A stretch of DNA of 64,000 nt, taken from positions 39,675-103,674 of the forward strand of contig CAYQJU010000001.1 in assembly GCA_964417875.1 (NCBI GenBank), in the 5' to 3' direction. The position numbers and the translations under genes are program-made. Positions 56,747-64,000 of this stretch are shown here, one piece after another. Positions within the stretch are counted from its first letter, which is position 1; every line of letters starts with the position of its first letter. This DNA comes from an uncultured Steroidobacteraceae bacterium (GTDB taxonomy: Bacteria; Pseudomonadota; Gammaproteobacteria; Steroidobacterales; Steroidobacteraceae). Under the pieces are notes generated by a model that saw only the letters and a program-made list of their open reading frames with translations, was not told the origin of the DNA and did no database searches.

Positions 56747-58990
56747 ATGCGGGCACCGCTTTACAGACTGGTTGCAACCTGGCTGGCGCTGGCGGCGGCG
56801 GCACCTGCGTTGGCCGCGCAGCAGATGGCCTCGGCCGACGCCGCTCCGGCACCGCGCATCGGGCTGGTGCTTTCCGGCGGCGGTGCGCGGGGCGCCGCGC
56901 ATGTCGGCGTGCTGAAGGTGCTCGAGGAGCTGCGCGTGCCGGTGCATGCCATCGCCGGCACCAGCATGGGTGCGGTGGTCGGCGGCCTGTATGCCCGCGG
57001 CATGTCGGCCGGCGAGATCGAGTCGCGCCTCACCAGCATCGACTGGGAAGATGCCTTCCGCGACCGCCCCGCACGCTCGATGCTGAACTTCCGCCGCCGC
57101 GCCGAGGATGCCGACTTCCTCGTGCAGCTGCCGCTGGGTTTCCGCGAGGGCCGCATCTTCCTGCCCACCGGCCTGATCCAGGGCCAGAAGCTGTCGCAGA
57201 TGCTGCGCGAGCTGACGCTGCCGGCGGCGGGGCTTGCCGACTTCGACGCGCTGCCCACGCCATTCCGCGCCGTGGCCACCGACCTTGAAACCGGCGAGGC
57301 AGTGGTGATCGAAGAGGGCGACCTGGCGAGCGCGCTGCGCGCCAGCCTCTCCGCGCCCGGCATCTTCGCGCCGGTGGAACGCGACGGCAGGCTGCTGGTG
57401 GATGGCGGCATCGCCAACAACCTGCCGGTGGATGTGGCACGCAGCATGGGCGTGGACCGGCTGATCGTGGTCGATGTCAGCCACGCGCCGGCCTCGCGCG
57501 AGCGGCTGGCTTCGGTGGGCAATGTCACCAACCAGATGCTGACACTGCTGCTGCGCCGCCAGTCGCAGCAGCAGCTGGCAACGCTGCGCGATGGCGACGT
57601 GCTGGTGCAGCCGGCGCTGGGCGAAGCCTCGTCGTTCGGCTTCACGCGGCTGTCGCGCATCATCGAAACCGGCCGGCAATCGGCCACCGCAGCCAGCGAT
57701 GCGCTTGCCGCGCTGGCCGTCACGCCCGAAGCGTATGCGCAGTACCAGGCGGCGCGCCGCCCCGAGCCCGTGCCGGTGGTGGTGCGCGATGTGACCGTGG
57801 ACGCAGGCTCGGATGAGTTCAGCTTCACCGCCACCGAGCTGTTCGGTGACCTCGCCGGACGCGAGCTCGACGTGGATGCCCTGCGCCGCCGCATCGCGCG
57901 CCACTACGGCCAGGGACGCCTGGAACTGCTGGACTACCGCCTCACCGACATCCGTGCGCGCGATGGCCACCGCGAAGCGGACCTGTCATTCGTCGCCCGC
58001 GACAACTCCTGGGGACCGAACTACATCCGCGCCGGCCTGCGGCTGCAGGATGACTTCGAGGGCAACACCAGTTTCGACGCCGCGGTGCGCCTGCTGCTCA
58101 CCGACCTGAACCGCTATGGCGCCGAATGGATCTGGGACGCGCAGGTGGGCGGCAATCCGCGCATCGGCACCGAGCTCTATCTGCCATTCTCGCTGCGGCG
58201 GCGCTGGTTCCTGGAACCGGCGGCGCTGTTCCAGGTGCGCAATGTGCCGCAGTACCAGGGTGATGACCAGGTCGGCGAGCTGCGCGTGCGCTCGCTGGCC
58301 TACGGCGGATCACTGGGCCGCGAGATCGGCAATTCGGGTGAACTGCGTCTCGGCGCCGAACGCACACTGGGCGAGTCGCGCGTGCGGCTCGGGGAAGTCA
58401 GCGACGAGCCGGTGGATTTCCAGTACAACGAGCTGTTCGCGCGCTACAGCTACGACAGCCGCGACAGTGCCTCCTTCGCCCGGCGCGGGCAGGCAGCGCT
58501 TCTGGAGTGGCGCGGCCAGGTTTCCAACCGGCGGCTGGAACGCGTCTCCGATTCGGTGCGGCTGGAATGGCGCGGCCTGCATTCGCGGGGCCGCAACACG
58601 CTGATGGGCTGGGTGTCGGCCGGCACCTTGCTGGATGCCGGCTTCGCCGATGAGCGCAGCTTTTTCCAGGCCGGCGGATTCCTCGACCTTTCAGGCCTGC
58701 CGCGTGACGCGCTGGTCGGTCCGCACATGGCCGTGGCGCGGCTGGTCTATTTCCGGCGCATCGGCAATGCGGGCGAAGGTCTGCTCAATGTGCTGCCGCT
58801 GTATGCCGGCGTGTCGGCCGAGCTGGGCAATGTATGGCAGCGGCGCGGCGACATCGGCTTCGGCAGTGCGCGCAAGAACGGCAGCGCCTTCGTGGGACTG
58901 GACAGCCCGCTGGGACCGGCGCTGTTTGCCGTCGGCTTCGACAGCCGCGGACGGCATGCCTTCTACCTGTCTCTGGGCGTCGGCTTCTGA
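56747..58990 (+). CDS. Patatin-like phospholipase fused to a C-terminal Omp85/surface-antigen beta-barrel (PlpD-like, type Vd secretion)
   Basis: 747 aa with a signal peptide, the patatin oxyanion GGGARG, the nucleophile elbow GTSMG and a DGG catalytic Asp. The C-terminal half is beta-strand-rich and ends in an aromatic residue (LSLGVGF). Confidence 0.8.
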   Translation: MRAPLYRLVATWLALAAAAPALAAQQMASADAAPAPRIGLVLSGGGARGAAHVGVLKVLEELRVPVHAIAGTSMGAVVGGLYARGMSAGEIESRLTSIDWEDAFRDRPARSMLNFRRRAEDADFLVQLPLGFREGRIFLPTGLIQGQKLSQMLRELTLPAAGLADFDALPTPFRAVATDLETGEAVVIEEGDLASALRASLSAPGIFAPVERDGRLLVDGGIANNLPVDVARSMGVDRLIVVDVSHAPASRERLASVGNVTNQMLTLLLRRQSQQQLATLRDGDVLVQPALGEASSFGFTRLSRIIETGRQSATAASDALAALAVTPEAYAQYQAARRPEPVPVVVRDVTVDAGSDEFSFTATELFGDLAGRELDVDALRRRIARHYGQGRLELLDYRLTDIRARDGHREADLSFVARDNSWGPNYIRAGLRLQDDFEGNTSFDAAVRLLLTDLNRYGAEWIWDAQVGGNPRIGTELYLPFSLRRRWFLEPAALFQVRNVPQYQGDDQVGELRVRSLAYGGSLGREIGNSGELRLGAERTLGESRVRLGEVSDEPVDFQYNELFARYSYDSRDSASFARRGQAALLEWRGQVSNRRLERVSDSVRLEWRGLHSRGRNTLMGWVSAGTLLDAGFADERSFFQAGGFLDLSGLPRDALVGPHMAVARLVYFRRIGNAGEGLLNVLPLYAGVSAELGNVWQRRGDIGFGSARKNGSAFVGLDSPLGPALFAVGFDSRGRHAFYLSLGVGF

Positions 58991-59009
58991 GGCGGCGCAG
59001 TCGGCCGCT

Positions 59010-59282
59010 TCAGGCCAGGCCGCGGCTCGCAGCCAGGTTCTCGACCTTCGAGAACACCAGCGTCGGGGAGTCCTTGCGGCGCGAATATTCGTGGCGGCGG
59101 CTCATCTCGGCCAGCGCCGCATCGCGTTCCTGGGCCGTGCGGTACCAGTGCAGGCGGTGCCAGTCCGGTCCCAGCAGTTTGCGGAACGGATCGTTCTCCT
59201 TCAGGCTGATGCGCACGCCATAGGGAGCCGGTTCTTCGGTATGGGGCTTGCGCAGGTTGTGCGCGGCTTGAATCATCGCCAT
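59010..59282 (-). CDS. Small conserved-looking hypothetical protein
   Basis: 90-aa ORF with coding-like composition, divergent from msrA. No domain was recognised. Confidence 0.4.
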   Translation of the reverse strand: MAMIQAAHNLRKPHTEEPAPYGVRISLKENDPFRKLLGPDWHRLHWYRTAQERDAALAEMSRRHEYSRRKDSPTLVFSKVENLAASRGLA

Positions 59283-59327
59283 GGGGCGTGAATGATACCA
59301 GCCTCCTTCCCGGCCCCCCTGCAGAGC

Positions 59328-59960
59328 ATGTCATTTTTCCGCAAGTCCGCCCGCCTGCCCGACGCGGCCGAAGCGCTGCCCGGGCGCGCCGCGCCGCTGC
59401 CCACGGCATCGCACCATGCGGTGCTGGGTACCCCGCTGGCCGGCCCATTCCCGGCCGGATTGCAGGGCGTGCTGTTCGGCATGGGCTGCTTCTGGGGCGC
59501 GGAACGCGTGTTCTGGCGCCTGCCCGGCGTCTGCACCACCTCTGTCGGCTACGCCGGCGGCCTCACGCCCAACCCCACCTATGAAGAGGTGTGCTCGGGA
59601 CAGACCGGCCATGCCGAGGTGGTGCAGGTGGTGTTCGACCCCGCGAAGTTGGGTTTCGAAGAGCTGCTGCGCGTGTTCTGGGAAGCGCACGACCCCACCC
59701 AGGGCATGCGCCAGGGCAATGACGTGGGCACGCAATACCGCTCGGCCATCTACACCAGCAACGATGCGCAGCTGGAACAGGCGCGCGCCTCGCAGGCGCG
59801 CTACCAGGCCGCGCTCGATGCAGCCGGTCGCCGGCCCATCACCACCGAAATCGCGCCGGCCGGGCCGTACTACCTTGCCGAGGACTACCACCAGCAGTAC
59901 CTGCACAAGAACCCCAATGGCTACTGCGGCATCGCCGGCTGCGGCGTGAAATTCGCCTAG
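59328..59960 (+). CDS. msrA: Peptide-methionine (S)-S-oxide reductase MsrA
   Basis: The catalytic GMGCFWGAE motif is present. The N-terminus [20 protein letters not shown] aligns with E. coli MsrA as I recall it, so ATG 59328 is preferred over the listed 59292. Confidence 0.92.
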   Translation: MSFFRKSARLPDAAEALPGRAAPLPTASHHAVLGTPLAGPFPAGLQGVLFGMGCFWGAERVFWRLPGVCTTSVGYAGGLTPNPTYEEVCSGQTGHAEVVQVVFDPAKLGFEELLRVFWEAHDPTQGMRQGNDVGTQYRSAIYTSNDAQLEQARASQARYQAALDAAGRRPITTEIAPAGPYYLAEDYHQQYLHKNPNGYCGIAGCGVKFA

Positions 59961-60040
59961 GGCGACGATGACGTGCAGTCACGCGGCAGCAGCAGCACCG
60001 GCCCCGCGGCCATCCGGCGCCTGACCGCATCCCTTCCTGC

Positions 60041-61306
60041 ATGAACGGCACCTACGACCCACGCCTGGCCGCGTTCGCGCTGCTGATCGCGTTCTTCGTC
60101 TGGTTCGTCGCGCTGAACCTCGCCGAGCGCATCAGCAATGCGCGGGGCGTCGCCGCGCGCCTGTGGCTGCTGGTCGGCGCGGTCGTGGTGGGCAGCGGAC
60201 TGTGGTCCATGCATTTTCTCGCCATGCTGGCCTTCGAGCTGCCCATCGTGGTGGTGCATCACCTGCCGACGATGCTGTTCACGCTGGGTGTGGCGGTGAT
60301 GGTGTGCTTCTTTGCATTGTGGATCGCCGGCGGACCGCACCTGGGACTGATGCGGCTGGGCATTGCCGGCCTGTGCATGGGCGTGGGCCTGGCCGCCATC
60401 CACTACCTGGGCCTGTTCGCGATGCAGATCGTGCCGGCCATCCACTACGACCTGCCGCGCTTCGGGGCATCGATGGCGGCGGCGTTCGGCGCCTGCTGGC
60501 TGACGCTGGCGCTGGCGTTCTGGCTGCGCCAGGGCCGCACGCCGGGAAGGCTGATGGCGCGCACGGCGGCGGCCACGCTGTGTGCCGCGGCCATCGCCAG
60601 CGTGTTCTTCCTGGGATTCGAAGCCGCCGCCTTCGCGGATGATTCCTACAGCCTCGGCGCGATCACCGTGCTCGACCTCGAGGAAGAACGCGATCCACTG
60701 CTGGCCATCGTCTATGCAACCGCCGCCGCGCTGCTGGTCATCACGCTGCTGGTATTGGCCGGCCACGCCCGCAGCATCGCCGAGATGAGTCGCCATGCCG
60801 GCCGCCTGGAACTGCCGGCAACACCGGTGGCGCACAAGGCCAGTCCCGATCCGCTCACCGGGCTTGCCAACCGCGCGCTGCTGGCCCGCCATTTCGACGC
60901 GATGCGTGCCGCCGCGCGCGAGGCGCAGGCCACCTTCGCATTGCTCATCGCCGACGTCGATCATTTCCGCCACCTGAATGCCTCCCTCGGCGCCACCGCC
61001 GGCGATGCGGTGCTGCGCGAGGTCGCACAGCGCCTGGGTGCGCTGGTGCGACCCGGCGACACGGTGGCGCGGCCCGAGGGCGACGAGTTCGCGCTGCTGC
61101 TGGCCGATGTGGGCAACGAAGAGCAGGCCGCGCGCATTGCCGCGCGGGTCAGCGAGGAGGTCGGCCGCACCATCGAGCTGGAAGGCGGGCTGCAGGTGCA
61201 GGTGGCGGTGCGCGTCGGCGTCGGGCTGTATCCGCGCGATGGCGAGGATGTGGACACACTGCTGCGCCATGCGCGTGCCGCCGCCGGTCTGACGCATGTC
61301 CGCTGA
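60041..61306 (+). CDS. MHYT-domain membrane sensor fused to a GGDEF domain with a variant active site (EGDEF)
   Basis: 421 aa. N-terminal TM repeats carry MHF/IHY motifs (LWSMHFLAM, AAIHYLGLFAM). The C-terminal GGDEF domain has DPLTGLANR, the RPGD I-site and EGDEF in place of GGDEF. Confidence 0.8.
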   Translation: MNGTYDPRLAAFALLIAFFVWFVALNLAERISNARGVAARLWLLVGAVVVGSGLWSMHFLAMLAFELPIVVVHHLPTMLFTLGVAVMVCFFALWIAGGPHLGLMRLGIAGLCMGVGLAAIHYLGLFAMQIVPAIHYDLPRFGASMAAAFGACWLTLALAFWLRQGRTPGRLMARTAAATLCAAAIASVFFLGFEAAAFADDSYSLGAITVLDLEEERDPLLAIVYATAAALLVITLLVLAGHARSIAEMSRHAGRLELPATPVAHKASPDPLTGLANRALLARHFDAMRAAAREAQATFALLIADVDHFRHLNASLGATAGDAVLREVAQRLGALVRPGDTVARPEGDEFALLLADVGNEEQAARIAARVSEEVGRTIELEGGLQVQVAVRVGVGLYPRDGEDVDTLLRHARAAAGLTHVR

Positions 61307-62198
61307 ACTGCGCATCGCACTGCTGATCGGTCTGTTCATCGCCGGCCTTGTCGCAAGGCGCCTGGGGTGGCTCGCGCCGCGCCATGCCGGTCTCATGCTG
61401 CGGCTGGTCATCACCGTTGGCCTGCCGGCCCTGTTCATCGCGGATGTCAGCCGCATCCCGCTGCGCGCGGACCTGATCGCGCTTCCCGCAAGCGCGCTGG
61501 CCATCATGCTGCTGACGTTGGTGGCGGCATGGCTGACCGGCCGCGCGATGCGGATGTCACGTCCGGAGCAGGGCGCCCTCACGCTGTGCGGCGTGTCGAT
61601 CAACAACGGCTTCCTGTTTCCGTTCGTGATCGCCGCCTGGGGACAGGAGGGCTTCGCGCAGCTGGCGCTGTTCGACTTCGGCCACATCATCGGCCAGAGC
61701 ACTTTCGTGTACATGCTGGCCGCGTGGTATGGCGGCCATCATGCCGGTGCCGCCAGCGTGGTGAAGCGTGCGCTGGCCTTCCCGCCGCTGTGGGCGCTGC
61801 TCGCGGCACTGGCGATCAATGGCGCCGACGTGATGCTGCCGCAGTGGCTGGTCGGCCCATTGCGGCTGGTGGGCCAGTCCATCCTGCTGCTGGTCATCGT
61901 CGCTCTGGGCGTGCTGTTCGATGCGCGCCTGCTGCGCGACCGGCGGGTGATGGCCGCACTGGCGCTGCGCCTGCCGCTGGGACTGGCACTGGGACTGCTG
62001 CTGGCGTGGATCTTCGACCTGCAGGGCCTGACGCGGGCCGTGCTGGTGCTGGGCGCCGCCGCGCCGATCGGCTTCAGCGCCGTGGTGTTTGCCGACCGCG
62101 AGCACCTGCATCGCGAGATGGCCGCCAGCGCCGCGTCGGTGTCGGTGCTGCTGGGCCTGGCTTATGTGCCGCTGGCCCTGTGGCTGCTGCCGCGCTGA
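61296..62198 (+). CDS. AEC (auxin efflux carrier) family transporter
   Basis: 300-aa polytopic membrane protein whose N-terminal and C-terminal halves resemble the membrane-transport (Mem_trans) family. It overlaps the upstream gene by 11 nt. Confidence 0.65.
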   Translation: MSAELRIALLIGLFIAGLVARRLGWLAPRHAGLMLRLVITVGLPALFIADVSRIPLRADLIALPASALAIMLLTLVAAWLTGRAMRMSRPEQGALTLCGVSINNGFLFPFVIAAWGQEGFAQLALFDFGHIIGQSTFVYMLAAWYGGHHAGAASVVKRALAFPPLWALLAALAINGADVMLPQWLVGPLRLVGQSILLLVIVALGVLFDARLLRDRRVMAALALRLPLGLALGLLLAWIFDLQGLTRAVLVLGAAAPIGFSAVVFADREHLHREMAASAASVSVLLGLAYVPLALWLLPR

Positions 62199-63023
62199 TC
62201 AGTTCGGCTCGGCACCCGGGTTCGGATCTTCCATCGGGAAGGTGCGCACCTCGCCGCTGCCCTCGCTGGCCGGCTGGGGCTGCGTCTGCACGGCCGCCGG
62301 CGCCGCGGTGGTGCCCGCAGCCGGCATCTCGCTGGCGCTCTCGCCGGTGCTGCGCGCCAGCGACGCCAGGAAGCGGCGGGCATTTTCCGAGCTGGTGGTG
62401 GCCGCGCCGCTCATGATGTCGGAGGGCAGCACGTCGCGCCGGCCGTAGAAGTCGCGGTTGCTGCGCTCATCGATGGTGATGGCGGTGCCATCCAGCGACA
62501 CGCCGGCAAACAGCCCACGGCTGCGCGAATAGGCATAGACCTCGGCATTGCTGCCACCGGCTGCCTCGGCCTGCCGGCCCACCGGCCCTGCGGCCACCGA
62601 GGCGCCCACGCCCAGCGTGAGCTTGCCGTCGGAGATGCCCTCGACGCCGCGCCGCGTGGTGAACACCAGCACCACATCGGTTTCCTGCGCGCCGATCTGC
62701 CAGCCCACGCTGCCGCCGGTGAGGTTGATGTACACCGGATTGGTGAAGCGGCCGCGGCTGTCGCGCACCGTCAGCACGCCGCTGCCGCGTCGTCCGCCCA
62801 GCACGAAGGCCACCTTTTTCACGCTGGGGATGACGGCCACGCCATAGGCGCGCTGCAGCAGGTTCTCGGGGATGGCGGTGTCGCGCTGGTTGCGCAGCGC
62901 ATCGAGCACTTCGGAAGCCTGCAGCAGGCGGGCTTCCTGCTGTGCCTGGGCGAGGGCGGTGCTGCCCGCGCCGAGCGCAATGGCGGCCAGCAGGATGCAG
63001 CAGAGACGGCGATGCAGGTTCAT
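62199..63023 (-). CDS. SYLF/Ysc84 (DUF500) lipid-binding domain protein, secreted
   Basis: ATG at 63023 gives the signal peptide MNLHRRLCCILLAAIALGAGSTALA. GVAVIPSVKKVAFVLGGRRGSGVL...GGSVGWQIGAQETDVVLVF...SRGLFAGVSLDGT is typical of SYLF. The C-terminal tail is low-complexity. Confidence 0.75.
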   Translation of the reverse strand: MNLHRRLCCILLAAIALGAGSTALAQAQQEARLLQASEVLDALRNQRDTAIPENLLQRAYGVAVIPSVKKVAFVLGGRRGSGVLTVRDSRGRFTNPVYINLTGGSVGWQIGAQETDVVLVFTTRRGVEGISDGKLTLGVGASVAAGPVGRQAEAAGGSNAEVYAYSRSRGLFAGVSLDGTAITIDERSNRDFYGRRDVLPSDIMSGAATTSSENARRFLASLARSTGESASEMPAAGTTAAPAAVQTQPQPASEGSGEVRTFPMEDPNPGAEPN

Positions 63024-63101
63024 ATGTGCAGGAACTCCATCTGGTGGTCTGCGTTGCATCGAAGCTTACTCCAGCCTTCCGGGCTGGGGTATCGTTGCGG
63101 C

Positions 63102-64000
63102 ATGCATCTTTCGCGCGCATCGCTGCGGCGGCTTCGCATGCTCGCCATGCTGTGCATCGCCGCTGCAGGTTCAGCCGCGGTTCAGGCCGCCTGGATCACG
63201 CGCGAGGAAGCCATCATGGGCACGCGCTGCGCGGTCGAGCTGTGGAGCGAGGACGCCGCCGCCGGCGAGGCCGCGATCGAGGCGGTGTTCGCCGACATGC
63301 GGCGCATCGATGCGCTGATGAGCACCTACAAGGCCGATTCGCAAGTCTCGCGCGTCAACGCCGAGGCTGCGGACCATCCGGTGAAGATCTCCGACGAGCT
63401 GTTCGCGCTGCTTGCCACATCGCTGGAATATTCGCGCCTGTCGCAGGGCGCCTTCGACATCACCTATGCCAGCGTCGGCTACCTTTATGACTATCGTGCG
63501 CGGCGCCGGCCCGACGCGGCCGCAGTGGCAGATGCCTTGCCGGCGGTCGATTATCGCCAGCTGAAGCTCGATCCGGTGCGCCGCACGGTCGCCTTCGGCC
63601 AACCCGGCATGCGCATCGACCTGGGCGGCATCGCCAAGGGCCATGCAGTGGATCGCGGCATCGACATCCTCAAGGCGCGCGGCATCACGCGCGCCATGGT
63701 CAATTCCGGCGGCGACACGCGCGTCATCGGCGATCGTTTCGGCGCGCCGTGGGTGATCGGCATCCGCCACCCGGATCGCGCCGGCGAGGTGGTGCTGCGC
63801 ATCCCGCTGGTCGATGCGGCCTTCTCCACCTCCGGCGACTATGAGCGCTATTTCGATGAAGGCGGCGTGCGCTACCACCACATCCTCGATCCGAAGACCG
63901 GCCGTTCACCGGATGAACTGCGCAGCGTCACCGTCATCGCCTCCACCGCCACCCGCACCGACGGGCTGAGCAAGACCGTGTTCATTCTCGGGCCGGAGCA
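63102..64000 (+). CDS. apbE: FAD:protein FMN transferase ApbE (3' end lies outside the window)
   Basis: I translated this by hand because it is absent from the ORF track (no stop within the window). It has a signal peptide, then AFDITY, DLGGIAKG, AFSTSGDYERYF and YHHILDPKTG motifs. Confidence 0.85.
   Translation, partial: MHLSRASLRRLRMLAMLCIAAAGSAAVQAAWITREEAIMGTRCAVELWSEDAAAGEAAIEAVFADMRRIDALMSTYKADSQVSRVNAEAADHPVKISDELFALLATSLEYSRLSQGAFDITYASVGYLYDYRARRRPDAAAVADALPAVDYRQLKLDPVRRTVAFGQPGMRIDLGGIAKGHAVDRGIDILKARGITRAMVNSGGDTRVIGDRFGAPWVIGIRHPDRAGEVVLRIPLVDAAFSTSGDYERYFDEGGVRYHHILDPKTGRSPDELRSVTVIASTATRTDGLSKTVFILGPE

Overview
High-GC (roughly 65-70% by eye) gammaproteobacterial chromosome segment, Xanthomonadales-like by gene content and protein similarity. 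The core (about 6.9-53.3 kb) is a near-complete polar-flagellum regulon: motAB, flgNMA, flgB-L, fliC-flaG-fliD-fliS, an atypical PilZ-like gene, two tandem sigma-54 activators, fliE-F-H-I-J-K, fliL-N-O-P-Q-R, flhB-A-F, fleN, fliA, a second stator pair (motCD-like), DUF2802 and HDOD genes, fliG-fliM-fliN2-cheY, and a large PAS-containing MCP. Housekeeping genes flank it. On the left are potFGHI, a ROK kinase, an aminotransferase and a Cys/Met PLP enzyme. On the right are agmatine deiminase, monomeric isocitrate dehydrogenase, a patatin/Omp85 protein, msrA, an MHYT-GGDEF protein, an AEC transporter, a SYLF protein and apbE. I found no rRNA, tRNA, CRISPR array, IS element or phage gene. The points most worth follow-up come from reading the intergenic DNA. 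(1) There are six sigma-54 promoters; in three of them TTGC lies exactly 13 nt before an SD-less ATG, which predicts leaderless flgA, second-activator and fliG mRNAs. (2) A 14-bp inverted repeat, GTGAY-N4-RTCAC, recurs upstream of these sigma-54 promoters, twice at an identical 64-bp offset. (3) A set of sigma-28 promoters uses a TCAAG-N14-GCCG(A/T)TAA variant, including one inside flgJ. (4) Gene order is non-canonical: fliG and fliM are absent from their usual slots and sit in a separate fliG-fliM-fliN2-cheY module, so there are two fliN paralogs. (5) The two sigma-54 activators lack receiver domains, and there is no kinase or rpoN nearby. All functional calls rest on motif and family recognition by eye; no database search was run.
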